From Escherichia phage vB_EcoM_ESCO47, in sequence record OM386662.1: 64,000 nt of DNA; one strand, written 5' to 3'. A program made the translations under genes and the position numbers. Below, piece after piece: positions 1-11,516 of the stretch (within the stretch, counting starts at the first letter, position 1; each line of letters opens with the position of its first letter). Under the pieces are notes generated by a model. The model worked only from the letters and a program-made list of their open reading frames with translations. It was not told the origin of the DNA and searched no databases.

Positions 1-1222
1 CACCACGGCCTGCACCACGAACAAATAGTCCTCGCATATCAGGAATACCCGGGTTCTGAGCATTTCCACCGAAGCGAGTACCGACAACAGATGCATACAC
101 AGGGTATGAAGCAGCGGAAACAGAACCACCTGTGCACATACGCCATTTATCGTTAGGAGCAGAAGTACCAGCCCACATAATAATAGTACCAACCGGAGCG
201 TCTTGAACCACTGTGTCTTGAGTTACAATTGCACTTCCGTTAACATTGCCCGCTGACATATTTACAGTACCGGTGATATTAGCTCCACCTCCAGCAATTG
301 TAAGTGTGTTATTAACTCGAAGAGTTCCATTAATAGTTTGGCCGCCTCTTTGATGTATTACATCGGCATTCCACGCTAAAGCTGATGCAGCGTCACCACC
401 ACTTTGCGAACCTGCTGTAGTTGTTAATCGAACAACACCACGTAAAGATGTCGTGGAAGCTCGTCCATTTAATGTAGCACCGGTTACAACAACCGATGCG
501 TTGTTGCTATTTACTTCAGCCTGTGTGCCTAGTTTAACGACGCCTTTATTAGAATCCGTGGCTACGGTATTCATAAACGTATATGGTGATATGGCATAGC
601 CTTCACGCAGTGTGCCCTGATAAGCTTGTGCTACAGTCGCCAATCGAACAACACCAGTAATAGATTCTGATGCATTGTCATTATTTGGGGCAATTTGGGC
701 AATTAATTTAATTGCCAACTGTTGGGTTTTCAACGGTGTCATTGCTGTGGTGTCATCAGATCCGGCTAACGCTGCTGCCGAGGTAGAAATTTTAATTACC
801 CCATTATTAGATTCAGTGGAATTACGAGTCAAAAACGCGTTATCAATACTCCCTAATAATTTTAATGGAGTGATTGAAGCATCATCAATAGTCCCGTCGA
901 TTGCTTCAGCTTCGGTTGCATAACGCGTCAAACCATACTGGGTTTCAGTGGCATTAGGATATTGTAAACGTGCATTTAATGTTGCAGGCGTTACCGCTTT
1001 ACTATTATCCAACCCATCAATAACTTCTTGATGAGTTGCTAATTGAATAATTCCAGGATCAGTTGTAGTTGCTTCTGGGACACCATCAACACCGACAGGA
1101 CTAATAGAAGCTAATGCATCCTGGACTGTTGTAATTGTATCCGGAAAACTCGACCCGGTAGGGTCGAATTCAACATATTGAGATTCATTTGAAACGTGTT
1201 GGTATGTATTGTTATTACTCAT
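1..1222 (-). CDS. 12: Short tail fibre protein gp12 (partial; 3' end lies beyond window start)
   Basis: Minus-strand frame open to window edge; N-terminus [21 protein letters not shown] resembles recalled T4 gp12; ATGA overlap with gene 11 stop. Confidence 0.85.
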   Translation of the reverse strand, partial: MSNNNTYQHVSNESQYVEFDPTGSSFPDTITTVQDALASISPVGVDGVPEATTTDPGIIQLATHQEVIDGLDNSKAVTPATLNARLQYPNATETQYGLTRYATEAEAIDGTIDDASITPLKLLGSIDNAFLTRNSTESNNGVIKISTSAAALAGSDDTTAMTPLKTQQLAIKLIAQIAPNNDNASESITGVVRLATVAQAYQGTLREGYAISPYTFMNTVATDSNKGVVKLGTQAEVNSNNASVVVTGATLNGRASTTSLRGVVRLTTTAGSQSGGDAASALAWNADVIHQRGGQTINGTLRVNNTLTIAGGGANITGTVNMSAGNVNGSAIVTQDTVVQDAPVGTIIMWAGTSAPNDKWRMCTGGSVSAASYPVYASVVGTRFGGNAQNPGIPDMRGLFVRGAGRG

Positions 1223-1878
1223 GAGGCTCTCACAAAGTGATAGAAAACAGTAGGAGTGGTATGATTATCGAGAGTAACCGTCTGGGCACCCAATAAATTC
1301 CATGTTCCATAACCTGATTTAGATTCGGATAATATTTCTTGTGTTGTGGTTATTCCAAGGGATGAATGTGGATTTAATACATGTCGTTGGTTATCCAAAT
1401 ATACTATTTGGAGTTTATTACCTTCAGTTGGATGGTCCTGATAAGAAGCAATAGCCACACGATTTGCTATTGCATTCTGTAATGCTATACGGACTTGTGC
1501 AGTGAATTCGTTATCAGTCATACCAACAGTAGCATCGACATGAAGTCCAAATACATTAACAATAACAGGGTCACCGTCATTTAAAGTATCTTCCGTAACG
1601 GTTCCGGAAAACGTCCAATAATCTACTTGGGCTGTGCCTTCAGGAGAAACCCCACTTGTGTTTGTAATAACCGTGCCAATATCAGCGCGTGCTATATTAT
1701 GGACGTCATTTATTGCAGATTCGACGTTGGCTTCATAAAAACCTTTTGCCAACTGCGAAATAGTAACAGAACCGACGGATTGATTATTCAAAACATCGAT
1801 TTGCTGGTTGTTTTTTCTAAAATCTAAAAAATCTGCATGGCGGGATATGACTCCCGCCTTAGTATTAAGAATAGTCAT
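1219..1878 (-). CDS. 11: Baseplate wedge / short tail fibre attachment protein gp11
   Basis: 219-aa product [13 protein letters not shown]... T4 gp11-like; start set at TAATG overlap with gene 10 stop (ORF-track start 1896 is an upstream in-frame Met). Confidence 0.85.
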   Translation of the reverse strand: MTILNTKAGVISRHADFLDFRKNNQQIDVLNNQSVGSVTISQLAKGFYEANVESAINDVHNIARADIGTVITNTSGVSPEGTAQVDYWTFSGTVTEDTLNDGDPVIVNVFGLHVDATVGMTDNEFTAQVRIALQNAIANRVAIASYQDHPTEGNKLQIVYLDNQRHVLNPHSSLGITTTQEILSESKSGYGTWNLLGAQTVTLDNHTTPTVFYHFVRAS

Positions 1879-3683
1879 TATGCAATCCTTACCCAACGGT
1901 ATACGGTTATAGATGGTTGGATATTAGTTACCGAACGAGCCGGAGTATGAGATTCGTTAGTTGTAGCAAAATCTTCACGATACTTCGTATACACAGGACC
2001 TTCAGTATCAGGATCATATTGACAACCACCGATAATTACAGGACCATTCTCATCGGAAATAAGAACCTTTTCATCGGTTTTAGTTGCAGGTAAATCTGCA
2101 TTTTCTAATGTAATAGTTGTAACACCGACTGTTCCACCTGCAGTATGTGTTGGGTTGCCTGATACATCAAGGTCATTATTATTTAATGCAAAGTTAGGAT
2201 CAGAAATATCATCATTCCAACCTGCAAGAACTTTACCTTGTCCCCACAATTTCCATGAACCAAAACCTAAATACGTCGCTGGGTTATTAGGGTTAACGGC
2301 GTTTTCGTAAATAGTTCCTACAGGATAAATTGTATCAAATATCGCTGCCACTGAAGTGAATTGACGTTCATATGTAGGAACAGGCTCTACATTAGGCCAT
2401 CCAATTTTATCGAAATCTGTTAATGCAACGTCACCGGTAATTTCAGCATTAGGACCTTGAGAAACATATGTCTCGTCAGTTACATCAAGGATTTCGTCCA
2501 TTTCTAAAAGAGTTCCTAAGTCATTATTAAACCATGTGATATTAATAATGTCCTGGTCTTCAAATTGGCGATCAAACAAAATTGCGGTCGGGATATTATC
2601 CGTATATTCGATAGAATAATCGGTATTAGATTGCACCCAAGTTCCACCTAATTCAGCACAACCTTCCATCGAGTCCGAATCAGCGCCTTCACAACGGAAA
2701 ATCGGCATCCCGACTGTTCCAGCTAATTCTTGAAGAATACCATTAAAACGAACTTCTAATGAATTAGGATTCACCGGTTCAGTAGGATTAACACCAAACG
2801 CTTCAAATGGGATAGAACGAAGAGTTGTCAAATCATCAACTAAAATACTGCCTGGGATAGATTCCTTTTTAGTAAATCTAGAATCTAGAATTCTGATTTG
2901 GCGGCGACTATATGAACTACGCCATTGTGATACACCATCTAAGAATGTTTCGATTTGTACGGTGTCACCGATATTACAAGGTTGACGTAAACGAATATTA
3001 AATCCATCTAAAGCTATTACTTCACCATCATTAGCGCCCGGAGAACCGAAATCACTGTTATCACTAAACACATCACCGTAATACAATTCGTTACCACGAT
3101 GTTTTACACGGATGTTATTGACATTGTATGCAGTACCATTGAAAACATCTAAGAAGTCGGTTTGGCCTTGAGTTTCGATTAGAAATTCTCTACGAGCAAC
3201 ATTACTAATATCAGAGCTAACGATTTTATCGATTTGTTTATTTTTAATATATTCCCAACGACCTGGTGAACAATAAACTAGCTCTAAATCAGAGAATTGA
3301 ACATTGATTTCTACAGGGGATGAAGAACCTTTAATTGTATCACCAACAGCCGGAATTAACGTTACAGGGTTGATATTCCATGTAGCGAATACATCACGAG
3401 CACGAATAACTTTATTGTAATCTTCAGTGGTTCCTTTAGGGAGATTTAAAGAAACACGTCCTGCTGTAGTGTCAATAGCATATGATTTACCCCATGACGC
3501 CGCTAAATTAAGTCCATCAGATGCTTTATATGTTTTCCATGCGCCTGCGGCATATGGAACTTCTCCATCACCTAATTCGTAATAGATTTCGTCAAAGTTC
3601 TCATTTATTTTCTCGCCACCACGACGAAGGTAATCGCCTTGTCCGTCATCAACGACGTTACCAATTTTAATATTTTGTTTCAT
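1878..3683 (-). CDS. 10: Baseplate wedge protein gp10
   Basis: 601 aa, size and position match T4 gp10 (602 aa); coupled to genes 9 and 11. Confidence 0.85.
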   Translation of the reverse strand: MKQNIKIGNVVDDGQGDYLRRGGEKINENFDEIYYELGDGEVPYAAGAWKTYKASDGLNLAASWGKSYAIDTTAGRVSLNLPKGTTEDYNKVIRARDVFATWNINPVTLIPAVGDTIKGSSSPVEINVQFSDLELVYCSPGRWEYIKNKQIDKIVSSDISNVARREFLIETQGQTDFLDVFNGTAYNVNNIRVKHRGNELYYGDVFSDNSDFGSPGANDGEVIALDGFNIRLRQPCNIGDTVQIETFLDGVSQWRSSYSRRQIRILDSRFTKKESIPGSILVDDLTTLRSIPFEAFGVNPTEPVNPNSLEVRFNGILQELAGTVGMPIFRCEGADSDSMEGCAELGGTWVQSNTDYSIEYTDNIPTAILFDRQFEDQDIINITWFNNDLGTLLEMDEILDVTDETYVSQGPNAEITGDVALTDFDKIGWPNVEPVPTYERQFTSVAAIFDTIYPVGTIYENAVNPNNPATYLGFGSWKLWGQGKVLAGWNDDISDPNFALNNNDLDVSGNPTHTAGGTVGVTTITLENADLPATKTDEKVLISDENGPVIIGGCQYDPDTEGPVYTKYREDFATTNESHTPARSVTNIQPSITVYRWVRIA

Positions 3684-4555
3684 TATTGAGCGACCCCAAT
3701 TTTCTGTGTTGAGATAACTTTAACTGCTGTACGTAATCCAATAATAGAGGATGTTACCGTCATAGTAGCAAAGTTGTTAACTATAGCAAAGCTAATATTA
3801 GCAATTTCATCTGCCTCATCAACGTTACCGACTCGCATAACAGCATATTCTGTTGAAAGGACCTGAGAATTGATTGCATCTATTAGAATATTTATTTCGC
3901 AAGTTTTAATTTTTCTACCATCAGTTGACTGGCACGTTACTAACAACTTCGCAGTATTATAATCCGTGCGATAGAACAACGGAATGTCCACTGATGTACC
4001 TGTTAAGCTCCATGTTCCGTCAACCGGAGATTCCTTTTGCCCAAACATACTATCGATGGAATAGTTCCAAACCGATTCACCGCCATTGCTTGAAATACAA
4101 CGAAGAACGACATGAGTAAATGGAGTAGAAATAACAAGATTTCCGAGAACACCTTTAATGGAACCATTTGTTACTTGAATACTTAACGGGTTGTTTACAG
4201 AAATAGACCCATTAGAGTTAATGAATTCCACCGAATCACCTAGCTCAGCACGGTCAACAATTGCAATAACACCGCCTTCGGTAGTGTCGATATCATGCAT
4301 TGTGCCTACTGCAACAGGTGTTTGATAATCAGTTGCCTTTCCTTTTTGATAATAGCCTGTTGCATAAATGGTTTGTCCACTAGGACCAGTTCCATTAGCT
4401 GTAGCCATTTTACGTTGGTCACCAAATGCGTTGTAAATAGCATTGATGTCATCATTTATTTTATTACCACCGTCGAATAAGATATCACCAGTAGAGGCGT
4501 TACCAATTTCACCGGTGTCAATTAATTGTTTAGGGGTTTGCCTAAAGAATGCCAT
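3683..4555 (-). CDS. 9: Baseplate wedge protein gp9 (long tail fibre socket)
   Basis: 290 aa, synteny and size match T4 gp9; late promoter TATAAATA upstream on minus strand. Confidence 0.85.
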   Translation of the reverse strand: MAFFRQTPKQLIDTGEIGNASTGDILFDGGNKINDDINAIYNAFGDQRKMATANGTGPSGQTIYATGYYQKGKATDYQTPVAVGTMHDIDTTEGGVIAIVDRAELGDSVEFINSNGSISVNNPLSIQVTNGSIKGVLGNLVISTPFTHVVLRCISSNGGESVWNYSIDSMFGQKESPVDGTWSLTGTSVDIPLFYRTDYNTAKLLVTCQSTDGRKIKTCEINILIDAINSQVLSTEYAVMRVGNVDEADEIANISFAIVNNFATMTVTSSIIGLRTAVKVISTQKIGVAQ

Positions 4556-4588
4556 AATTCCACCTTTTGTTGTCCGATATTATAGTAC

Positions 4589-4596
4589 TATTTATA
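4589..4596 (-). promoter_or_regulatory. T4 late promoter (gene 9)
   Basis: TATAAATA on minus strand about 35 nt upstream of gene 9 start. Confidence 0.6.
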
Positions 4597-4601
4597 GATA
4601 C

Positions 4602-4625
4602 AAAAACGGGAGCCCGAAGGCTCCC
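4602..4625 (-). terminator. Intrinsic terminator after gene 8
   Basis: Minus-strand hairpin GGGAGCC-TTCG-GGCTCCC followed by GTTTTTG. Confidence 0.6.
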
Positions 4626-4630
4626 TAAAA

Positions 4631-5635
4631 TTAGAACACAAACAAAATATTAATTTCTTCCGTCTGGTCCATTGCCATAATAATTGGCGGACGGTTTTCC
4701 ATGTAAATCATTTCACCTGAATGTCGTTGTAAATCTTTGGGGTCATAATAGTCCTTTTCAGCTTTAACATTAGGGTCATTAGGATTTTTCTTGGCTTCTA
4801 ATGGGTTAGCGATAATAGAGATTTGACGAAAACCTCTATTACCAGGTAGAGCCGCTTCTGGAAAATACACCGAATCTAAATACGCTTTAAAACGCATCGT
4901 GTTGGCTTTAACACGATATATCAATCCAAAATCATCTTGCTGCCACGTTAGGTTATTTTCATATCCCCAACGAGAAGGGTCTTCTTTGATTTCTTCTGGC
5001 CACGGAACAACAAGGTATTCGTTAGTGCAACGGTTTATCGATACATCAGGTGGAATCTCATAAAGATATTCCCAAATGTAACCATCACCGGTTTCAATAA
5101 TACCGTTTGCATCACCACGTCCTTCAGGAGGCGACATTGAACGAATAGATGGAGTCCATTTACCACCTAATTTGAGACACTCTTCTTTATTAGTAAGAGA
5201 TTCTATTGAACATAATCCTACATCCGGCACATCTAAACAACGATAAATTAACCATCCAGCGCCAACTTCGGTGGCATTATACGGAGCGGTATTACATGCA
5301 ACGATATCATTAATTCTAAACGTATATGGATCAGGATAACGCACATCGCCCCAATCACGTCTAGGAATAACGGAATCTAGCATAGAAGGTAAAACTTTTA
5401 CGGTGCCCATCATATGGGTCCACATATCAGTTACACCGAGAACAGAATCTGTAGGATAAGGTGGGGCAAAGCCCACCTCATTCTCGTTTGCTGACCATGG
5501 TTCAGAACGTCCAAATGTAATAAAAATGGTGTTCTTGTCTTCCCCATTTCCTACCGAATTATAAAAATTCAGCATTTTCTCTGTTCTAAATTTTGATGTA
5601 ACTATTGCACGATAGATAACACTTGAATCATTCAT
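4631..5635 (-). CDS. 8: Baseplate wedge protein gp8
   Basis: 334 aa; sequence MNDSSVIYRAIVTSKFRTEKMLNFYNS... closely matches recalled T4 gp8. Confidence 0.9.
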   Translation of the reverse strand: MNDSSVIYRAIVTSKFRTEKMLNFYNSVGNGEDKNTIFITFGRSEPWSANENEVGFAPPYPTDSVLGVTDMWTHMMGTVKVLPSMLDSVIPRRDWGDVRYPDPYTFRINDIVACNTAPYNATEVGAGWLIYRCLDVPDVGLCSIESLTNKEECLKLGGKWTPSIRSMSPPEGRGDANGIIETGDGYIWEYLYEIPPDVSINRCTNEYLVVPWPEEIKEDPSRWGYENNLTWQQDDFGLIYRVKANTMRFKAYLDSVYFPEAALPGNRGFRQISIIANPLEAKKNPNDPNVKAEKDYYDPKDLQRHSGEMIYMENRPPIIMAMDQTEEINILFVF

Positions 5636-8600
5636 CTAATTTAACCTGTGGTGGATTCACGGGGTCTCTAGGATTTCCTACATTATCGATTAGTCTTTTC
5701 TCGACTAAATCTCTGAACTGAGCAAACGTAGTACCAGACGCATCGAATAATGGGCTCATCAGTTTACGACGTTCTGATGGTAATTGACCTTGGAAAATGG
5801 AGTTATCATTTTCTGCGTTGTAGTCGGCAGGTAAAGGATATTCCTGTCCAGCCATAGGACCTGCATCATATAATGCTTCGCCTGTAACAGGGTCGTATTC
5901 AACATTACCTTGAGGGTCCAATCTTGCCACCCGGTCAGCGTATTGCGTAGGTAATCCAGAATCCCACTTATAGTTTTTATATTTATTAATTATTGTTTCA
6001 ACATGTTTAAGCGTTAATCCAACGTTAATAAACATTGTCAAAAGAGTTATTGCGATGAAGCCAAATCCAACCGGATGAACAAAACGTAATACGTCAGATT
6101 TCCATCTAGACGAAGGCAGATTTGATTTAATCTTCATTACATAATAAGATCTACCACGATTTATGTAGTCTATATTGTTTTGAGATAATTCTTTACCTTT
6201 GATTCCACGAACGATCATACCGTCAAAGCTCGGAAGTCTTTCCGCTTTAACTTCTTGTCCCTCAATAAGACGACCTAAAAGGTTATGAATCGTTACAGTC
6301 CACTGCAATTTACCCTTAGAGTAGCTTCTTTCTAAATAAGTAACATTACAACGTCCTGTGGCCGTGAATATTGTCTGTCCTACTAAATCTTCTGTAATAG
6401 TGTCAGACTCAACAACAATATCATACTCGGTCCCAGAAGACGATTCTATTTCGACTTCAACGTCTTCATTATACAAAACTTTAAACAAGAATTTATATGA
6501 CGCTTCAGTTCCTTTTGTCGAATAGAAATCATAACTTCTTGACTCAAAGAATCGAGCCACCAAATCACGCTTTTCAGCATTAAGGTAAATATTTCGCTTA
6601 TAAATCTCAGACCATAAGTATTCCCATGCGTGTTCTTCACGTGGATACTGGTTTTTAATAAGATTTAACAGGTTGTTATAGTGGGTCCCATATCCATCTG
6701 ATAAGTATTGGATATATGCTTCACAGAACGCTTCAAAGTTTGAATTATCTAGCAAATACGATTCTGGCATCATAGTCGTGATCAAAGGACGTAAATCCGG
6801 ATCTGCAATACCGTTCTCTTCAACAGGATTCCATGGAGTTTCTCTTTCCTGATTTTGTAAAAATGCCAGTAAGAACGTTTCGGTAGGTTTCCAAATAATG
6901 GAAACGTTATCTCTTACACGATAACTAAAGTCGTAATAGGAAATAATCTCACCTGATGATTTATAGAAAATCATACCGGATGCATATTTTTTAAAGCCGG
7001 TGAAATCAATATTAGGCATAACGATAGTACAATCGCCATCATTCCAATATTCGTGTACTTTTCTATCCGGAGAAGACGCTGGTAAGTTTTCAACGGCCTT
7101 TGTATATAACAACTCAGAATAAATGACAACAGCCCTATCTGAGTTATTAATCCAACAACGGGTGTCAGACTTTCTTGAATAGTTAAAGAAAGGTTCTGCA
7201 TAGTATTTCATAGGTTGCGGACTAAATGATTCCCAACCGGACTCTTCTGTTGAAATGAATGCCATCATATGGTAATGCTTATCAGCAAGCCATTCTCGCG
7301 GGTATTCATATTTTACTGCGCCAAGAAGACCGTACTTTATTTGGGTGACCGGGTCATTAACAATATCAGATTCCAAGAATTTAAAATTGCTTGACGAAAT
7401 AAAGAGTTCGGTGCCATCTGTGGACATACTGGTGAATGCAGGTTCAATACGACGACGTTCTTCTTCAGTATTACCAAAGACTCTAGTAAATGTACCTGTG
7501 GAGTGGTCTAGTACGTAAACTCCTTTATCAACAGAATCAAGAATAGGATTTGTTCTAGGGTCGTCATTCACATTAGCAACTTCGCCAATAATCAATGCAA
7601 ACACCTTACCACCGATAGAATCCATTTTATAACAAACAGCTTTAGGATTACCTGTAATATTAAATGTTTCCGGCTCGAACAAACGCTCAGAATATGTCGG
7701 AGACAATGGGTCTGAATCAATAGGAGCATTACTCGTTCTAATAAAGCGAACTTTATCTCGAGCAGCAACATATACATAATCGTCGTTACAAACAATAGCT
7801 TCTGCGACACGAGATACGTTTGCAGGTAACGATGCATAGTTACCGAAGATTTCTACGTCAAAACCTAAATTCAATTGGTCGCCAATTTTAGCAAATGTTA
7901 CGTCTTGAGAACTAAATCGAACGTCATCAGACGACCAACGAACATCCGTCGATTTACGTCCATAAAATACTTTATCATAGCCGAGAACATAAGTTGTGTA
8001 ATCAGATTGATAATAAACTGTGCGAGATAATGGATATCCCACGCGGTCATTAAACAATTTAACGGCTTTCCATGTTTGGCCTTTGTCATTAGATACTTTA
8101 ACCACAGGCTGATAACGTTCAAACAAGTAAAGAATACCTTCAGATTCCATCAAATAAACACGATTAATATCTCGACAAACATGTTTAATGGACCCTTGAA
8201 TTTCATGGTACTCATTTTCACCAACGATAAAGTTTCTAATGGATGAAATATCAGCATAAGCCGGACTGAATTGGAACGATTCGTTCATCAATGCGGCCAT
8301 GATAGTGTCGTTATTAAAATCGACATAGGCATGGTTATTATTTGTAAATTTTTCACGAATAAAACTATTTGCCAACTGCATTTCAATCATATTTTGAAAT
8401 GTATAAGCGTTGGTTTGAAACGTTTCAAAAATTTCTGTTTGAACCCAGTCAGATTGAGTAAATCCTTCTGCTGCTGTTGCTACACGCATAGTATAAGACG
8501 TTAACGGGTCCAAGCCACTTTCAAAGTAGTTACTATTTGCTGTGTAGCCTAAATTAATCCAACGATAACTAGACTGGGGAATATCCTCCCCAGCGGCTGT

Positions 8601-8726
8601 TTTAGTCTCAGCAATTTCTACGAAATAGTAGAAATTAGCACCAACGTCATCCCAGCGTATTTGAACTTGGTTTGCGGACAACTTGGATATTCTGAGACTT
8701 GTGACTGCTGGCGCTTTTACGGTCAT
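5628..8726 (-). CDS. 7: Baseplate wedge protein gp7
   Basis: 1032 aa, identical length to T4 gp7; synteny between 6 and 8. Confidence 0.85.
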   Translation of the reverse strand: MTVKAPAVTSLRISKLSANQVQIRWDDVGANFYYFVEIAETKTAAGEDIPQSSYRWINLGYTANSNYFESGLDPLTSYTMRVATAAEGFTQSDWVQTEIFETFQTNAYTFQNMIEMQLANSFIREKFTNNNHAYVDFNNDTIMAALMNESFQFSPAYADISSIRNFIVGENEYHEIQGSIKHVCRDINRVYLMESEGILYLFERYQPVVKVSNDKGQTWKAVKLFNDRVGYPLSRTVYYQSDYTTYVLGYDKVFYGRKSTDVRWSSDDVRFSSQDVTFAKIGDQLNLGFDVEIFGNYASLPANVSRVAEAIVCNDDYVYVAARDKVRFIRTSNAPIDSDPLSPTYSERLFEPETFNITGNPKAVCYKMDSIGGKVFALIIGEVANVNDDPRTNPILDSVDKGVYVLDHSTGTFTRVFGNTEEERRRIEPAFTSMSTDGTELFISSSNFKFLESDIVNDPVTQIKYGLLGAVKYEYPREWLADKHYHMMAFISTEESGWESFSPQPMKYYAEPFFNYSRKSDTRCWINNSDRAVVIYSELLYTKAVENLPASSPDRKVHEYWNDGDCTIVMPNIDFTGFKKYASGMIFYKSSGEIISYYDFSYRVRDNVSIIWKPTETFLLAFLQNQERETPWNPVEENGIADPDLRPLITTMMPESYLLDNSNFEAFCEAYIQYLSDGYGTHYNNLLNLIKNQYPREEHAWEYLWSEIYKRNIYLNAEKRDLVARFFESRSYDFYSTKGTEASYKFLFKVLYNEDVEVEIESSSGTEYDIVVESDTITEDLVGQTIFTATGRCNVTYLERSYSKGKLQWTVTIHNLLGRLIEGQEVKAERLPSFDGMIVRGIKGKELSQNNIDYINRGRSYYVMKIKSNLPSSRWKSDVLRFVHPVGFGFIAITLLTMFINVGLTLKHVETIINKYKNYKWDSGLPTQYADRVARLDPQGNVEYDPVTGEALYDAGPMAGQEYPLPADYNAENDNSIFQGQLPSERRKLMSPLFDASGTTFAQFRDLVEKRLIDNVGNPRDPVNPPQVKLDE

Positions 8727-10696
8727 TGTGAAATAGGCTCCAAATCTATAGTTAAGTATTGCGGACGTAAATCGTTTTCAAATACAATTAAGGAACCATC
8801 TTTTGTAAAAATAACATCATCTGTTGGATCCGAGTACAGTTCAATAGTTTGAACTTCAAAACGATCGGAAGAGAGGTCAATTTTATCAATATTCCAATAA
8901 ATCGAATCGGAAGGATAATTTATATCACCGATTGAATAGTATTTGTTTCGTCCATCAGTAACAGGAAGTTTATTAAAGTCATCACCTGTATATGGTTGTA
9001 TGTTTGCATTCTCGACAACATCACCATCGGCAAATGGTCCGATAATAACCTGACCAATACCGCGGTCATTACGATCTGAACCAACAATACGCACATCATA
9101 TTTGATGGTTTTGTTTGGATCCTCGACAGTAGGACGTAATGTATCAAATGAGAATGTATTTGATTCTAGTGAACGATCTTTAATCTGGTTATTATATTTA
9201 ATACCTGCTTCTGGGGTCTTATAAAAGTTCTGAACTTCACGAACTATTTGGATAGTGGCGGACGAACCAATTACAGAGATATCAGCATTATCAACATAAG
9301 TCAACATTTTAGATTTGGCAAATGAAGAGTTAAAGATTTCAACATCTTCGATATAATACCTATCAATTTTGTTAATAATTTGACCTTCGAGCCACTGTTC
9401 AGATTCTTGCAACTTATTTAATGCATACGTAACTTTGATATTCATTTTAATGAACAAATAATCAGGAGAAATAACAACAGGAGTAATCGTTCCTAAGTTA
9501 TAGTCATTTAAGTAGTTTTTAATATCGTCACGTTGGATAGAAGTCAGATATAAACCGGATTTAGGTTTAGCAGCGATAAATGCATAACCAGGTTTAGATG
9601 AATCTGTAAATGTTCTTACCGCTTGAATAATAGAACCAAAACGTTCCGAAACAAATGTATCATAGTCCGAAGCAGTAACACATCGTTGTTGTGTTTCGAG
9701 TTTGATAGTACCTAATTCACGGATACGTTCGATATCTTCTGGGTCACCACCACCGTCAGCACCTACGAAATCAGGATTTCCACTTGGGTTTTCATTAATA
9801 TCAATAACTGTGATATTAGACAGTGTATCAGCATAAGAAAATCCTACAGCACCATTGGCGTCAGCGCCGTTAGTCGAAATATATTCGATAACGATAGTAG
9901 AACCTTGCACAGGTTTTAAACCACCAATGTAGTTAGCAGATAATGCACCTTCAGATGTGTTAAGAGAGATCTCACCTTCACCAAAGTAAAATTCAGTATT
10001 GCCATCAATAGTTTCACGCATATAATAAATGGTGGAAGTTGAACCGGCATGAACCATTGATTTGCGCGTCCAGTCAGTCCATTCTGCTCCATCAACATAC
10101 AATTTAACCAGATTGCGATCAATATTTTTATCACGAATAATAATTGGTTTTAATTTATCAAATGTTAATTCAGTGCGAACAATACGTCCTTGAGCCAAAC
10201 GAAGACGTGGGAAATATTGGTTATTTCTATCTTTAACCACAATAACATCTTCTGTTGATACAAAGTTATATGGGTTAACAGATGTATCTTTAGCATAAGC
10301 CAAGAAACGAGTACCACGTGGAATAGTAATATAGTTTCTATTCAAAGCATCCGTACAGGTAAGCATAATTTCTGTTTGCGCCGCGGATTTAGACGCAGGC
10401 AAATATCCATTATCTTGCGCAGCTTGAACCACGGAACTACGTAAGTTTGCCGTACGTATAAAGCTTTCATATACTGCACTATTACTGAACTGTTGGATAT
10501 AAAGAGTATTGTATGCTAAAAGGTCGCACAATACGTTAAGGCGTGAACCTTCAAAATCATAGTCAAGAAATTCATTTTGACCATTAAGCCATTGGATGAT
10601 GTTTTGTTTAATTTCACTAAATGTACCCCCGATAAAAATCTCGGGAATAGCATTCGCTGTTCGAACTAATTGATAATTTACAGGGGTGGTTGCCAT
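8723..10696 (-). CDS. 6: Baseplate wedge protein gp6
   Basis: Start set at MATTPVNYQLVRTANAIPEIF (matches recalled T4 gp6 N-terminus) with AGGA RBS; ORF-track start 10753 is upstream in-frame. Confidence 0.85.
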   Translation of the reverse strand: MATTPVNYQLVRTANAIPEIFIGGTFSEIKQNIIQWLNGQNEFLDYDFEGSRLNVLCDLLAYNTLYIQQFSNSAVYESFIRTANLRSSVVQAAQDNGYLPASKSAAQTEIMLTCTDALNRNYITIPRGTRFLAYAKDTSVNPYNFVSTEDVIVVKDRNNQYFPRLRLAQGRIVRTELTFDKLKPIIIRDKNIDRNLVKLYVDGAEWTDWTRKSMVHAGSTSTIYYMRETIDGNTEFYFGEGEISLNTSEGALSANYIGGLKPVQGSTIVIEYISTNGADANGAVGFSYADTLSNITVIDINENPSGNPDFVGADGGGDPEDIERIRELGTIKLETQQRCVTASDYDTFVSERFGSIIQAVRTFTDSSKPGYAFIAAKPKSGLYLTSIQRDDIKNYLNDYNLGTITPVVISPDYLFIKMNIKVTYALNKLQESEQWLEGQIINKIDRYYIEDVEIFNSSFAKSKMLTYVDNADISVIGSSATIQIVREVQNFYKTPEAGIKYNNQIKDRSLESNTFSFDTLRPTVEDPNKTIKYDVRIVGSDRNDRGIGQVIIGPFADGDVVENANIQPYTGDDFNKLPVTDGRNKYYSIGDINYPSDSIYWNIDKIDLSSDRFEVQTIELYSDPTDDVIFTKDGSLIVFENDLRPQYLTIDLEPISQ

Positions 10697-10704
10697 TTTA
10701 ATTC

Positions 10705-10998
10705 CTATTTGATAAAGACTTTTGATGAGGCCTGAGAAACAGTATCCCCACATGAAATTGGGTCGGCCATTTGAACCGCCTTCTTACCGGTGACATAAAC
10801 TTTAGGTGTACGTGGTTGAGTAACACCACCATGGGTTTCGTATGGCTTTTTAATTTCTGTATGAGGTGTTATTTGATCTCCCGCAACAAGAACAGGAATA
10901 CCACCGGTAAAAACTTTTGATTGAGAAGAATTTATTACAGTAGGTGGCCATGAAGCATGGCCAGTCGTAATGCATTTATCGTAACTTAAGCCGGACAT
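10705..10998 (-). CDS. 5.4: Baseplate spike tip PAAR-repeat protein gp5.4
   Basis: 97 aa [21 protein letters not shown]...; matches recalled T4 gp5.4 in length and sequence. Confidence 0.8.
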   Translation of the reverse strand: MSGLSYDKCITTGHASWPPTVINSSQSKVFTGGIPVLVAGDQITPHTEIKKPYETHGGVTQPRTPKVYVTGKKAVQMADPISCGDTVSQASSKVFIK

Positions 10999-11513
10999 TA
11001 TGGCCTCGCATAAACATAGTTTCTAAGTTGATTAGCCCATTTACTCCAGTTTCCTACGATAGTTTTCGTATAAACCTTAACAAGTTTTCTTTGTACTGGA
11101 GCTGGTGGAGGCTCATTGTCTGAGCCACTTCCTGAGCCGCCTGTTGAACCTTCTTCTTGGTAGTTATAAATCATTTCAACTGTATAACTAAACACTTTAA
11201 CGAGATTCTGTGGAGCTCTCCACAAATATAACTGTGTGCTCTCATCTGAAGGCAGATCATCCCACGAAGAAGCAGTTTCAAAATCATCGCCTAAACGATA
11301 ATTTAATGCATCGGAAGAAAAACTAAATACGCTTTCGTATGTTCCAAATAAATGATTTCCGTCTACTGTGATGCCTTGTGTAGGTTCATAATCTGTTATA
11401 TTTATTGACACTAATGTTTCAGACGTTTCTAACTGTGGAGTAAAAAGGACGTCAATAGACGCCCCTTCCATGTCTTCTCCTAAGTCGGTATTTAGAGGAA
11501 GTATTTGTGCCAT
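10998..11513 (-). CDS. Conserved hypothetical protein (T4 5.1-like position)
   Basis: 171-aa ORF between genes 5 and 5.4; Gly/Ser-rich acidic protein. Confidence 0.5.
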   Translation of the reverse strand: MAQILPLNTDLGEDMEGASIDVLFTPQLETSETLVSINITDYEPTQGITVDGNHLFGTYESVFSFSSDALNYRLGDDFETASSWDDLPSDESTQLYLWRAPQNLVKVFSYTVEMIYNYQEEGSTGGSGSGSDNEPPPAPVQRKLVKVYTKTIVGNWSKWANQLRNYVYARP

Positions 11514-11516
11514 ATA

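Noticed and set aside
1879-1896. Upstream in-frame Met giving a 225-aa gp11 (ORF-track start 1896)
   Set aside because: That start would overlap gene 10 by 19 nt; the TAATG junction at 1878 gives the 219-aa product matching T4 gp11
675-4628. Plus-strand ORFs in the ORF track (675-923, 1627-1827, 3925-4119, 4295-4480, 4443-4628) inside the minus-strand baseplate genes
   Set aside because: They lie antisense within long, well-supported structural genes (gp12, gp11, gp9) and have no ribosome-binding sites; treated as frame artefacts
10697-10753. Longer gp6 start at 10753 overlapping gene 5.4
   Set aside because: Extension [19 protein letters not shown] has no counterpart in recalled T4 gp6; MATTPVNYQL at 10696 has a good ribosome-binding site and avoids the overlap
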